Position numbers and translations under genes: made by a program | UHGV virus genome: UHGV-0140727 | DNA length: 30,803 bases | Strand: one strand, 5' to 3' | Origin: a virus | Shown: one piece after another, positions 1-9,722 of the stretch | How positions within the stretch are numbered: position 1 is the first letter of the stretch | Layout of the letters: every line of letters begins with the position of its first letter | Notes under the pieces: model-generated | What the model was told of the DNA's origin: nothing | What the model saw: only the letters and a program-made list of their open reading frames with translations | The model's database searches: none

Positions 1-1548
1 TGTCAAGGTCTTTATACCAAGCTCTTGCATAGTAGTATAGTGCAGATGTTCTGTACATGAAGTCTGTAATGAAGTCAAGTAGATTACTAGCGCCTTTTAA
101 CAGGTTCCCAATCACAAGACCTAAAGCCTGCGTGCTACCCATAGAACCTTGCAAGAACATTGCAACGGAGTTAGATAACTGTGAAATGCCCTCACTAGAA
201 TTGTTAAACAGTGCTACAAGTGTGTTATCCCACATAGCCTTCGCTTGACCCATTGATGTAGCAGTCTGCTTGGACACAGCATTCATACCACCTGCTTGCT
301 TGACAAGTTCAGCCATTCTTTCAGATACTTTAGGAAGAACGTCTTGAGCAAGAAGTTTACCGTCTTGCATCATCTTATCAAGTTCTTGTGGGGTCTTACC
401 AATGGCATCAGCGAATAGTTGTACAGCACCTGCTAAACGGTCACCTAACTGTCCACGGAGTTCTTCAGCCTGAACTTTACCCTTTGATGCCATCTGCTGG
501 AATGCAACCATGATACCTTTCAAGTCTTCATCAGTAGCACCCCTGATACGGGCAAACATTGCAGCATTCTTATAGAACTCTTGAGTACCCTGAAAACCAA
601 GTGTTGGTTGAGCACCAGCAGCGAAGTTTGAGTACTGCTTCATAGTATCTGTGTAGTTCTGACCAATCTGATGTGCGAATGATGCAGCGAACATTCTGGC
701 TTGCTGGGTATCTGCTCCAAAGATAGCTGTGGAGGCCAACTGTGCAGATTGTCTTTTTACACCAGCTTCAATAGTTTTTTGTGAGAGTTCCAGTAAAGCA
801 TAAGCTGAAACAAATCCACCAACTAATTGACGTAATGATGCGTTAGCTCTATCCTGTAGCCAAGCTGATTCTTTAACTGATTTTAGTCTAGCATTTTCTG
901 CAATAACCCAACGTTTGGTTACGTCGATGAGCTTTTTAACTTCCATCTCATACTCACCAACCTTACCAGTACCTTTATATCTGTTATAGATATTTTGCAA
1001 GCTTCCTCTGAAAGAGGCTGCCATTTGGTTACCTTGACCACCGATTGTTTCCAGTCTACGGGTTAACCCTGAATAGAAGTTGTTGTTAAACATTCTTTCC
1101 ATTTGTCTCTGAGCAACATCTACTCTCGGACCTCTGGGTGCTCCACCACCAACAGGAGGGATACTCTGTCCACCTCTCCCTCTACCTGTCTTGATAGTGA
1201 TTTTACCGTCAACCTTCATAGCATCTCTTAAGGACTTGTTAATACCTTTTGCAGTCTTTTTTGCTTGAGTTTCAAGTTTCTTAAGAGATTTAACACCTTG
1301 TGAATCAAGGTTCAAGGAACTGTTGAGTGCTTTATTGATTCTGCCTGAAGCAGACTGAGCATTTTTTACAATTCTATTAAGTGCTTCCTGAGAACTTTTA
1401 TTAGGCTTCACATCAAAGGCTTTATTAATATTTCGCTCAATACGTTGAGCAGCTTGCATAGACATCTTTTCAACTCTTTGCAAACCTTTAATTACCTTTT
1501 CACTGAAACCAAGTTCCACAATGAAGCTATCAACTGTATATTGTGCCA
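1..1548 (-). CDS. Tail tape measure protein, N-terminal part (gene starts at 1548 and runs off the window start)
   Basis: Uninterrupted minus-strand reading frame from ATG at 1546-1548 to position 1 (not in the ORF track because no stop lies inside the window). Hand translation shows a coiled-coil-like N-terminus, a Gly-rich stretch and tape-measure-like wording (ELRGQLGDRLAGAVQLF). It sits downstream of the tube and chaperone-slot ORFs. Confidence 0.55.
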
Positions 1549-1788
1549 TTACATTTTTCCTGCTCTTCTAAGTTCGTTGTAAGCAATTTCCTCTTTATAC
1601 GACCTCTGAATTTCAAGAAATTGTCTCAATGATAATAAATCAGAGAATGTCATAGCAAAGAGTTGGTCAAGTGTTTCTTTACACCCTTCCATACCATAAA
1701 TAGCAAGCACAAATTTCATCTCGTCTGCTTCTTCATAGGTTGCCTCTACAGCAGCATCAGTTAGTGGTGTCTGTAGAGTGTTACCCAT
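1549..1788 (-). CDS. Hypothetical protein in the tail assembly chaperone slot
   Basis: 79-aa ORF between the upstream chaperone-slot ORF and the tape-measure gene. Assignment is by position only. Confidence 0.4.
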   Translation of the reverse strand: MGNTLQTPLTDAAVEATYEEADEMKFVLAIYGMEGCKETLDQLFAMTFSDLLSLRQFLEIQRSYKEEIAYNELRRAGKM

Positions 1789-1790
1789 GT

Positions 1791-2189
1791 TTACTGAGAA
1801 GTTAGGCTTTTGAAAATGCTTGCTTCGAAAAAACTTCCGAAGTTTGCCTCCAGCGCAAATGCTAAGTAATCAATAAACTCGCCGTAGTTTGCTTGGAAGT
1901 ACGTATCAATATTAAGTGGGAAGTCGTCAACAGTTGCCCCTTGAAATAATAAGGTAGCCATCTCTTCAAGGTTAATTTCTTCAATTCTGTCAAAACAAGC
2001 TTCAACAAGTTCTTTAAATGGAACCATTGGAGCTTCTTTCTTATCTTTATCAGTCAGACTTGACAGCATCTGTGCAAAAGTTGGGACAACAATTTTACCC
2101 AACTTCATAGACATCTTAATACCATCTCTTGCCCCAAGCAGAACAATATTTACTTTCTTACCATTAATTACTCTAGATTCTGTTTTCAT
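1791..2189 (-). CDS. Tail assembly chaperone-like protein (positional)
   Basis: 132-aa ORF directly after the tube gene and before the tape-measure gene, the usual chaperone position. No motif recognised. Confidence 0.4.
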   Translation of the reverse strand: MKTESRVINGKKVNIVLLGARDGIKMSMKLGKIVVPTFAQMLSSLTDKDKKEAPMVPFKELVEACFDRIEEINLEEMATLLFQGATVDDFPLNIDTYFQANYGEFIDYLAFALEANFGSFFEASIFKSLTSQ

Positions 2190-2214
2190 TGTGATTCCTT
2201 AATACTTTTAAAAG

Positions 2215-2250
2215 AAACAAAAAAGGGGAAGACCTTTTAAAGTCTCCCCC
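2215..2250 (-). terminator. Putative intrinsic terminator/attenuator downstream of the tube gene
   Basis: Imperfect GC-rich hairpin (ggggaagacc ... gtctccccc, 2225-2250) with an A-run on the plus strand at 2215-2224, which is a U-run after the hairpin on the minus-strand transcript. Confidence 0.45.
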
Positions 2251-2262
2251 TTATAGGATTTA

Positions 2263-2709
2263 TTAAACACTTGACGCTGGAATTGTAGAAGTGTAGTCTA
2301 GCTTCTCACAACCAAAAATCCAAGTTTTAGAGTTCTGGTCACGACCAAGTTCAATCTGTGGTAGTTCCTGCAACCAAGCATTAATACCGGTTGCCAGAAC
2401 AGAGCCTGATGGGTCGTAGATTACGAAGTTAGAAGAGATATCTTCTTCAAGTTCCATATTGTCTTGTTTAGCCTGAATTGCAGAAAGCATCTGGTTAGAG
2501 AGAGAAGTCTGCATTAACTCAATCTCAATAGTACCTGTCTTGTCTGCATTTCTTGTTAGAGCAACCTGACCACCTGCACCAACAACTGGTGTCACAAGTG
2601 GTGATGTTCTCTGTAGACGCAAGAATGAGTCTGGGGCAAAGCCTTCAATGGCAATACCATTCCAGCTACATACAACGTCTTTAGGGGAATATTGCTGATA
2701 CATAGCCAT
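2263..2709 (-). CDS. Tail tube protein (positional)
   Basis: 148-aa ORF immediately downstream of the sheath-like gene in the order sheath, tube, chaperone, tape measure. Confidence 0.5.
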   Translation of the reverse strand: MAMYQQYSPKDVVCSWNGIAIEGFAPDSFLRLQRTSPLVTPVVGAGGQVALTRNADKTGTIEIELMQTSLSNQMLSAIQAKQDNMELEEDISSNFVIYDPSGSVLATGINAWLQELPQIELGRDQNSKTWIFGCEKLDYTSTIPASSV

Positions 2710-2724
2710 TCCAATTTACCTCTA

Positions 2725-4077
2725 TTATTCGTAAGCCACTGTACCTTTCAAGTCAACATCCAAGATAGCACCTGCTAAGATACCTGCGAAGGTAACGTCT
2801 TTTAGGATACGTGCTTTCTTGTCTGCTAAAGCAACTTGAGAGGCTTTAGGAACATTAACTGTGTAAGATGACAGGAAGTTTCTGTTGACTGCTCTTTGTA
2901 GAGAGGTTTCAATGACTTGACGAATACGGGTAATACCAGTATCATCATAAGTAATCTTACCACCCTTCTGGTTAATTAGCAAGTCTCTCAGAGAAGTTTT
3001 CAGGTCTGATTCTAACCAGTCAACACCACGGACGATATCAATCCATTCCCCACCAGAAGTAATCCCTCTACGAACCACTGGAACACCACCATCAAGGTCA
3101 ATAAAGTTACAGTGACGTACATCTAAAGCAGACTTCTGAATACTTGTCAGAGGTCTCTGATTAGATGGTTGTAGAGAAGCTGCTACACCAGTTAGCTGAG
3201 CATTACCCCAAGCAATTGAACCTGCATCATATGGAGCACCATAAGCAATGTATGCCATCTCTGGATAGTCTTCTGCTGCTGCGTGATGCCACAAGCAAAC
3301 TGTACGAGTGTACATACTCTTAGCAAGCTGTGCTGGAACATCATTTGCACTGGCTAATTCTGTACCTTGTAGGGCTGTTACATCGGAGTTAGCCGTAAAG
3401 AAGATTTTCTTACGAGCCTGAATCTCAGAAGCCATTGCTAAGACAAACTGTTGCGTTCTGTCTTCTGCTGCAATGAAATACCAGTCAGTAGAGTAAGCTT
3501 CGATAGCTGCCAGAGCAGTTGCTGCTGTATCGGCAGTTGTACTTGCAATATATACAGTCTGTGCTGTAGTTGTTACTTTCACAAAGTCATTATCACCCGC
3601 TTTGGTAATAATCATTGTGGCAGAGCCATTGCTACCAGTTACGTTCACAGAAACCTTATCTTTGATTGTTGGGTCAGCTTCAATCTGTGTTTTAAACTGT
3701 TGCAACACGTTTTCAGCAGTGTCTGAATCTTGTGCTGTGTACTGGTATGGTTGAGAAATTCCACCGCCAGCAGCTACAGTAATTGAGTAGTCTGTACTTT
3801 CGGTAACGGCATCAGGAATTGATACAGTGTACTGCATAGCACGTCTACCAATATAAAGCTGAGTTACTTTAGGAGTCTGACTCCAAAGTTGTTTAGCAGC
3901 CTTATACGCAGCAGAGTTTTCATCGAAATCTTCAGCAACTTCAGTTAAGGAAGTGTAACCACGGACTCTTTCTTCAAAGTTATCTGTTGAAGCTAAGAAT
4001 AGTGGCAAACCAAAACCTTCTCTTGTAGTTCCTGCGGTGTTCAATGTAATATCTACATTAACAATTGGATTCCACAT
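2725..4077 (-). CDS. Tail sheath-like major tail protein
   Basis: 450-aa ORF at the head of the tail gene block, followed by a small tube-size ORF. Size and order fit a contractile-tail sheath. No motif confirmed. Confidence 0.5.
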   Translation of the reverse strand: MWNPIVNVDITLNTAGTTREGFGLPLFLASTDNFEERVRGYTSLTEVAEDFDENSAAYKAAKQLWSQTPKVTQLYIGRRAMQYTVSIPDAVTESTDYSITVAAGGGISQPYQYTAQDSDTAENVLQQFKTQIEADPTIKDKVSVNVTGSNGSATMIITKAGDNDFVKVTTTAQTVYIASTTADTAATALAAIEAYSTDWYFIAAEDRTQQFVLAMASEIQARKKIFFTANSDVTALQGTELASANDVPAQLAKSMYTRTVCLWHHAAAEDYPEMAYIAYGAPYDAGSIAWGNAQLTGVAASLQPSNQRPLTSIQKSALDVRHCNFIDLDGGVPVVRRGITSGGEWIDIVRGVDWLESDLKTSLRDLLINQKGGKITYDDTGITRIRQVIETSLQRAVNRNFLSSYTVNVPKASQVALADKKARILKDVTFAGILAGAILDVDLKGTVAYE

Positions 4078-4677
4078 TTATTTTACCCCTTTGGAGTCTA
4101 CATCTAGATGGATAGTATATTCTGGTGGCTCTTGTCCTTCTTCATAAACCAACTCACCATCAACAATGACACGCTCAATAATACTTCCACGTTCATCTTT
4201 CAGGACTGAGTTTTTTACAAGAGTTACAACAAGAGGTGCAGAATTTTCGAAATCTGTATTGAGATAAGTATAGTCATTCGGGATAGCTCCAGTGTCTAAT
4301 ACTGTAGCTCCTGTTTCTTCAAGGATTAAATCTCTGACTGAACTCATCTCTAATCGTTGTTTAAGCTCAAGCATAATACTGTGAGCACCTTTACCATTCA
4401 CCGTAATTAATACAGGAATCTGAAAAGCAATTCTGTAGCAAACTACATCATCCTCAACAAACTTATCAAGAACCCAACCATAAGGTGTTGCAGCATCTTG
4501 ACAGTATACGGTAATAAATGGCTGGTCAGGTTTTAAACCTTTGTCATTTGAGTTATCAGAAGGGTAAGCTCTAATTACATTTGGTCTATTATTCTTATCA
4601 CGAGCTAATCTGTGACCAATAACATCCACTAAGGTTCTAACTAGACCTTTTTCAAGTTCTGCTGTTTCTAACTGCAT
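4078..4677 (-). CDS. Hypothetical structural protein (head-tail joining / tail completion region)
   Basis: 199-aa ORF between the capsid and sheath genes, overlapping the upstream ORF by 26 nt. Confidence 0.45.
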   Translation of the reverse strand: MQLETAELEKGLVRTLVDVIGHRLARDKNNRPNVIRAYPSDNSNDKGLKPDQPFITVYCQDAATPYGWVLDKFVEDDVVCYRIAFQIPVLITVNGKGAHSIMLELKQRLEMSSVRDLILEETGATVLDTGAIPNDYTYLNTDFENSAPLVVTLVKNSVLKDERGSIIERVIVDGELVYEEGQEPPEYTIHLDVDSKGVK

Positions 4678-5053
4678 TCATTTTATCCCTTCTAATAATG
4701 ATATATTCATAATGGGATGTATGGGCTAATTGCTGTGACCAATCCATAGTCATAAATACTTCATACTCATGACCATCAATCATAACAATATCAGACTCAT
4801 TCCACTCTACATCATCTGAAGTTCTAAGTTTATATGTGGTATACAGGATTCTTGTGTCGGTAAGTCTAATACCTTCCGGTAAAGCAATCTGTGTACCATT
4901 CTTTACAGAACCTTTGATATATGGCTGGATATTACCTTTGCAGTTAACCTCTACAATATCTTGTGAAGCTACCCAATCACCATCATCATTATAATAACCG
5001 TCTTCAGAGACTTTACGCTTTACTACAAAGCTGTGTCTGTTTAAGAGTCTCAT
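4652..5053 (-). CDS. Hypothetical structural protein (head-tail connector region)
   Basis: 133-aa ORF whose start overlaps the stop of the upstream ORF (5050-5053), suggesting a translationally coupled operon. Confidence 0.45.
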   Translation of the reverse strand: MRLLNRHSFVVKRKVSEDGYYNDDGDWVASQDIVEVNCKGNIQPYIKGSVKNGTQIALPEGIRLTDTRILYTTYKLRTSDDVEWNESDIVMIDGHEYEVFMTMDWSQQLAHTSHYEYIIIRRDKMNAVRNSRT

Positions 5054-5532
5054 TTCTTAATACCCTTCTTAGTAGAAATTTTATAAGCAAGGTTATCCCT
5101 TAAGTCACCTGTCTCAACAAGAGGTGCGTTAAAGCCTTTTTTCTTGACTGTGGAAGGTGCGTTAGGAGGGAGGATAGCAGAATTACCAAACCCCCTTTTA
5201 ATTGCCTTTTGAGCATTCTTTGCAAATGCTTCTAAGGTATTTGAAGGGTCCGTGTTGAGACTGCTAAGTTGCTTATATAGATTCTTCTTAGTCTGCTCTA
5301 ACAAGGTCTGTTTGTTTAGCATCATAGTGATTTCAAACAACCTACGATATACTTTACCAGAAGCTGAAGGAACCCCAATAACTTCTTGTAAATACATTAA
5401 AGCAGGATAAGAAAAACCAGAGCTATGTTGACCTTGTTCTTGAAAATACCCAACTTGAGCATTAGCCGTTTGCAAGTTCTTCATAGCCCCGACTAATTTT
5501 GCTCTCGCGGGGTGAATAACCCTTTTAACCAT
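5050..5532 (-). CDS. Hypothetical structural protein (head-tail connector region)
   Basis: 160-aa ORF in the compact minus-strand operon between capsid and tail genes. Confidence 0.45.
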   Translation of the reverse strand: MVKRVIHPARAKLVGAMKNLQTANAQVGYFQEQGQHSSGFSYPALMYLQEVIGVPSASGKVYRRLFEITMMLNKQTLLEQTKKNLYKQLSSLNTDPSNTLEAFAKNAQKAIKRGFGNSAILPPNAPSTVKKKGFNAPLVETGDLRDNLAYKISTKKGIKK

Positions 5533-5981
5533 TATTCATCTCGCTCGATAATAAATACGCCATTAACACGGTTGCAGTAATCTCTGCCTTCGTATCTGGC
5601 AGCATCACCATATTCTGTGTATTTCTTGACAGAGCAAGGATTCTGACGACGCATGTCAATATCACACTGATTAATACCACCTGCATAGGGTAGTCCTGAA
5701 ACAGAGCTTTTAACAAGGTCGTCATAAACAGCTTTCAGAGATTTGAATCTGGAAGAGTTACGTAAATAAACACCACCAACCTTCTCATCTCCCATCTTGG
5801 CTACTTGAAAGAGTAAATATTTAAGAGCTTTGATGGCTGCTTTCTTTTCATCCTTTCCAGATTCTAGATAGAACCACTCTAGCACAGACTGTTCAATAAG
5901 AATTTCATCATTATTGGTGTCTGTGCAGAGGATTCTTACTCTATCAAGAGGGTTATTGGCTGGGTCGCCTGTATAGCACAT
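5532..5981 (-). CDS. Hypothetical structural protein (head completion region)
   Basis: 149-aa ORF immediately downstream of the major capsid gene. Confidence 0.45.
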   Translation of the reverse strand: MCYTGDPANNPLDRVRILCTDTNNDEILIEQSVLEWFYLESGKDEKKAAIKALKYLLFQVAKMGDEKVGGVYLRNSSRFKSLKAVYDDLVKSSVSGLPYAGGINQCDIDMRRQNPCSVKKYTEYGDAARYEGRDYCNRVNGVFIIERDE

Positions 5982-6002
5982 TCATAACCCTCCTTAAGAA
6001 TA

Positions 6003-7109
6003 TTAGTCTGGTTTAGCGTCAGAGCGAACGTCTACCAGCAACTGAGGACGTGTGCAGTATGGCAGCATGTAAGAGTGAGCTTCAAAGTCAATACCTTCGT
6101 CACGGTCTTTTTCGTATTCGAATACGTACAGTTCCTGACCAAGTGTATTTGCATAACCCATCTTAGGACATGGACCATATGCCACTTCGAAGATGTTGTT
6201 TGCTTCACCCAGCATAGAAACGTTAGGGAAAGCGTGTCCTACACCAACCTCTGCACCAGCACCATCAATGCTCACCAGAGTATGAACCTTACCACGCTTG
6301 TCTTTGAACTTACCGTTGTACTGGACAAACTTAACACCACCGTAGTAGAAGGTGTTCATGTGAGCCTGAACGCCGTCAGTACCACCAGTTCTCAGAGAAC
6401 CAGTAATCTGTTGCCAAGCCAGCGGAGTCTGCTGTGCAAGATAAGCGTCACGAATCTTAGGATGCTTAACCAGTTTGCTGAAGAATACACGGTCAACAAC
6501 TACGTGAATTTCTTCACCGTTGATTACAGTGCCAGTCTTAGCTTCGTCTTCCATGTGCATACGCAGTTCTTCGATAGAAGCGTCGATGTCAGCATTAGGG
6601 TTGTCAAGGTCGAAGTAAACAGTCTTCTTCTCAACGTCGAACTGCTTGTACAGGTCAGCGTACAGAGTACCACGAGCATCAACAACTTTACCCTTCAGAG
6701 CTTGCATAAACAGGAACTCACGAGTAATATCGAACTTGGTACGAATCTTCATCAGCTTCTTAGCACGTACTACAGCTTCAGTAGTTAGTTCGTTTGCAGT
6801 GCCTGGCTGACGTACACCCTGAATTTCATCAGGAGTAATGCTTTCAACTTCTTTGAAGTACATCATTGGGAAGCTGATTTGACGAACACGCTCAGGTGCG
6901 CTAGTCTCTGCTTTACGGCTATCACGGTCTACCGCATCAAGCAAGCTAACATCCCAATCAGTCAAGTCCATAAGGAAAGTAGTTTGGGTGATTGGTGCTG
7001 AACGGAACAGACCTAAGTTGGAAATATACCCATAAGTATTTGGGATAGACTGGACTTCACCAGTCAGGTCAGCAAGGAAAAATCTGCTTTTTTCAGAATT
7101 AGTCAACAT
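6003..7109 (-). CDS. Major capsid protein (HK97/lambda-like, positional)
   Basis: 368-aa ORF directly downstream of the protease/scaffold and decoration-like genes, in the canonical terminase-portal-protease-capsid order. Size fits an HK97-fold capsid protein. Confidence 0.6.
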   Translation of the reverse strand: MLTNSEKSRFFLADLTGEVQSIPNTYGYISNLGLFRSAPITQTTFLMDLTDWDVSLLDAVDRDSRKAETSAPERVRQISFPMMYFKEVESITPDEIQGVRQPGTANELTTEAVVRAKKLMKIRTKFDITREFLFMQALKGKVVDARGTLYADLYKQFDVEKKTVYFDLDNPNADIDASIEELRMHMEDEAKTGTVINGEEIHVVVDRVFFSKLVKHPKIRDAYLAQQTPLAWQQITGSLRTGGTDGVQAHMNTFYYGGVKFVQYNGKFKDKRGKVHTLVSIDGAGAEVGVGHAFPNVSMLGEANNIFEVAYGPCPKMGYANTLGQELYVFEYEKDRDEGIDFEAHSYMLPYCTRPQLLVDVRSDAKPD

Positions 7110-7142
7110 TGTAAAATTCTCCAGAATGTCTTATTATTGTTA

Positions 7143-7520
7143 TTACAGGCCAGTTGGTACGAAATCAATACCTTTAGCAGCCAGAGCTGTCTTGACTGCT
7201 TCAGCGTCAACGCTTGATTCAAGAGTAAGCATGTCTTTTAGCTCTGCGTCGCGGTAAATACCAACAACTTTCAACTGACCGTGGTAAGACAGTTGCAGGT
7301 CTGCGTAGAAATTAACGATACATACAGAGTCTGCTTGAGATTCTTCTCCAGCTTGTACCTTAGTACCGTCTGCTTTCAGAACTTCACCTACACGATACTC
7401 TGTAGATGCCTGTGGGGTATACTCTTTACGAGAGTGGCCTGTTGGTGTAACCTGTTCCCAAAGAATGATATCATTCAGAGGTTCTCTGTTACCTAACTTA
7501 GTAAAACCTTGATATGCCAT
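7143..7520 (-). CDS. Head decoration-like protein (positional)
   Basis: 125-aa ORF between the protease/scaffold and capsid genes, analogous to lambda gpD placement. No sequence motif recognised. Confidence 0.4.
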   Translation of the reverse strand: MAYQGFTKLGNREPLNDIILWEQVTPTGHSRKEYTPQASTEYRVGEVLKADGTKVQAGEESQADSVCIVNFYADLQLSYHGQLKVVGIYRDAELKDMLTLESSVDAEAVKTALAAKGIDFVPTGL

Positions 7521-7531
7521 TATTGTGTTCC

Positions 7532-8878
7532 TTATTTGATAAGAGATTTTAGAGCATTCTGGAGAGCCAGTTTGCGTTGTTCAGCGGTGTCTTCGGAAGC
7601 ATTCTTAGCTGGTTCTTTTTCTTCTTCAACCAAATCAGCTTCGCCGTCATTACCCACTTCTTCCATAGCGTTAGAATGTTCAAGAACAGCACCAGCAGTT
7701 TCTTTCAGCTTGGTAATTTCTGATTCTTTTTCTTCCATTGCAGAAGCATGGGACGCGATAGTTTCATTAAGTTTCTGGTTAGCACCTTCCATAGCATTCA
7801 TAAACAGAACACTTAGAGGGTTATCAAGACCAGCACCTAAAATAGTCGTTGCAGCTTCTTTTGCATCAAATCCAAAAGCTTCAGCAGAAGCAGAAATCTT
7901 ATTAGTCAAATCTGACAAAGCAGCTTCCTGTTCTTTAGCTTTCATTTGAGCAACCTGAAGACGCAAAGCTTCTAGTTCTTGCTTTTCTTGTTCAGTCATT
8001 TCTTCACCTGAATTGTTAACGTTTAAACTTACAGGAGCCTCTTCAGAACCTTGTAAGTAATTTAAGAAATCATCTTGAGACATGATTGAGTTAATTAAAC
8101 CAAGTTCAAGAGCTTCCTGAGCAGAATAAACATTCGCCTCAGTATTCTTTACAGCTTCTTCAGAGAGATTACGAGATTCGGCTACAAAACCTGTAAAGGT
8201 TGCGTAGGTATCATTAATTCTCTTTTGAAGTCTTTCTTTGCTTTCTTCTGAGAGTGCTTGGAATGGTGAACCCATACCTTTAAACTCACCAGCTTTGATG
8301 ACGTTAATTGTTACGCCATTCTTTTCAAATGCCTTAGTTAATTCCTGATGAACCATAATTACACCAATAGAACCAACATCTGCATCTGGTGATGCAATAA
8401 TTTCTTCAGCAGAAGATGCAAGAGCATATGCAGCGGAACAAGCGAACTCATCTACATAAGCAATAATTTTCTTTTGGCCTCTTGAAGCCATAATGTGACG
8501 TGCTAATTCAAAGCAACCTGAAGCTTCACCACCACCAGAATCAATGTGCAGAACAATAGTCTTAATTGACTCATCTGCTAAAGCTTCGTCAAAGCCTCTA
8601 CGCAAACCTTCATAAGAGCTTAGTCCACCTGTACACATTGCATCAATGAATGTCATACGATGGGTTAAACCACCCATAATAGGGATAATAGCAATGTCAT
8701 CTTTTACTTTTAAAAGACTTCTTGCTTCACCTTTGGGTTTATCAAAGTTTACTGCTGCTTGGACATCACCCAGCAATCTGTTATTCACATAGGTTGCTGC
8801 TGAGTGAGCTAATGATTCAGTGGCTAGTAAAGGTTGGTTGAATAATCTATCAGCAAGTCTGAAGATATTCGAACTCAT
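7532..8878 (-). CDS. Prohead protease (S49/ClpP-like) fused to a scaffold-like coiled-coil C-terminus
   Basis: 448-aa ORF. The N-terminal half carries S49/SppA-type peptidase signatures (IIPIMGGL..., HIDSGGGEA, FACSAAYALASSA, GSIGVI). The C-terminal half is Glu/Lys/Ala-rich and coiled-coil-like, as in lambda C/Nu3. Confidence 0.7.
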   Translation of the reverse strand: MSSNIFRLADRLFNQPLLATESLAHSAATYVNNRLLGDVQAAVNFDKPKGEARSLLKVKDDIAIIPIMGGLTHRMTFIDAMCTGGLSSYEGLRRGFDEALADESIKTIVLHIDSGGGEASGCFELARHIMASRGQKKIIAYVDEFACSAAYALASSAEEIIASPDADVGSIGVIMVHQELTKAFEKNGVTINVIKAGEFKGMGSPFQALSEESKERLQKRINDTYATFTGFVAESRNLSEEAVKNTEANVYSAQEALELGLINSIMSQDDFLNYLQGSEEAPVSLNVNNSGEEMTEQEKQELEALRLQVAQMKAKEQEAALSDLTNKISASAEAFGFDAKEAATTILGAGLDNPLSVLFMNAMEGANQKLNETIASHASAMEEKESEITKLKETAGAVLEHSNAMEEVGNDGEADLVEEEKEPAKNASEDTAEQRKLALQNALKSLIK

Positions 8879-8889
8879 TTTTACTCACC

Positions 8890-9222
8890 CTATTTGTTTA
8901 AATCTACAGAGACTGAAGAGATAACATAGATACCTTCTTCAGCAAAGAATTGAGGTTTGCTAAGAGCACCAGTTGCCACGCATTTATCGTTAGCATCCCA
9001 CAAGCTATAGTGTGAGACCGTTGCAGAAGCTGGAACAGTAATATTAACTGTGTCTTCTGAGGCAATTAAGCCATTATCCGGTTCAGAAAAATAAATAGCC
9101 ACTGGCTGAGTAACCTTATTTGCTGTAGGGTCTGCCGTTGGGTCTACATTGTGTAAAATAATAGTCGTTGGGGTTAGCGTGGCGAGGATTTTATTCTTAC
9201 CATCAATAGTTAATGTTCCCAT
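8890..9222 (-). CDS. Hypothetical protein
   Basis: 110-aa ORF between the portal and protease genes; its start codon overlaps the stop of the upstream ORF. Confidence 0.45.
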   Translation of the reverse strand: MGTLTIDGKNKILATLTPTTIILHNVDPTADPTANKVTQPVAIYFSEPDNGLIASEDTVNITVPASATVSHYSLWDANDKCVATGALSKPQFFAEEGIYVISSVSVDLNK

Positions 9223-9722
9223 TAATTAAACCTTACTTTTTGTTTAAGGACTGTTGAATGGTTACCAGATTCATCTACCACATTTACAATCATATCATAT
9301 ACTTTACCTTTGACAAGTACTTTGTAATCATTTTGTGAAAAAATGTATTCAAGTCTGTTTGTTTCTTTATTAACTGTCATTGGAGATTGAAATGCAGTGT
9401 CGAGGGTAATGAAAGCGGCTTCAATGCTATTAACATTGATACGTTTATTCTCGCAGTTATATAACTTTACACCCAAAAGGCATGAACTGTCAAATGGAAT
9501 TTTAACAATTTCACTACAATTTCCTGAAATAAACGGTTTTCCACTCATTGGAGCATCAAGTAACCTGCAAATAGTGAAAACGTCAGAGGTTCCACCATCA
9601 CTTACATAACCTGAAAGGCTGACCCTTGAGCCAGCCTCTACAGATAATTTGTCAGTGATAATAAGAACACCTCTATACGAATGCACTCGTGTAGCATTTG
9701 AAATAGAGATAACTTCAGCCAT
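9222..9722 (-). CDS. Hypothetical protein
   Basis: 166-aa ORF immediately downstream of the portal gene, with start/stop overlap at 9722. Confidence 0.45.
   Translation of the reverse strand: MAEVISISNATRVHSYRGVLIITDKLSVEAGSRVSLSGYVSDGGTSDVFTICRLLDAPMSGKPFISGNCSEIVKIPFDSSCLLGVKLYNCENKRINVNSIEAAFITLDTAFQSPMTVNKETNRLEYIFSQNDYKVLVKGKVYDMIVNVVDESGNHSTVLKQKVRFN

Noticed and set aside
57-248. Plus-strand 63-aa ORF at the window start
   Set aside because: Antisense to the continuous minus-strand tape-measure reading frame.
1549-2189. Programmed -1 frameshift joining the two chaperone-slot ORFs
   Set aside because: The two ORFs are in different frames 2 nt apart, but I saw no slippery heptamer and cannot support a frameshift from sequence alone.
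3451-3726. Plus-strand 91-aa ORF inside the sheath-like gene
   Set aside because: Antisense to a long, well-supported minus-strand gene; Cys/Ser-rich low-complexity translation typical of a spurious antisense frame.
6075-6788. Plus-strand 237-aa ORF antisense to the major capsid gene
   Set aside because: Fully contained in the capsid gene on the opposite strand; low-complexity translation with no ribosome-binding site.
7281-7949. Plus-strand ORFs (7281-7496, 7509-7949) antisense to the decoration-like and protease genes
   Set aside because: Embedded antisense to better-supported genes; Ser/Ala-rich composition from reading the complement of a coding strand.
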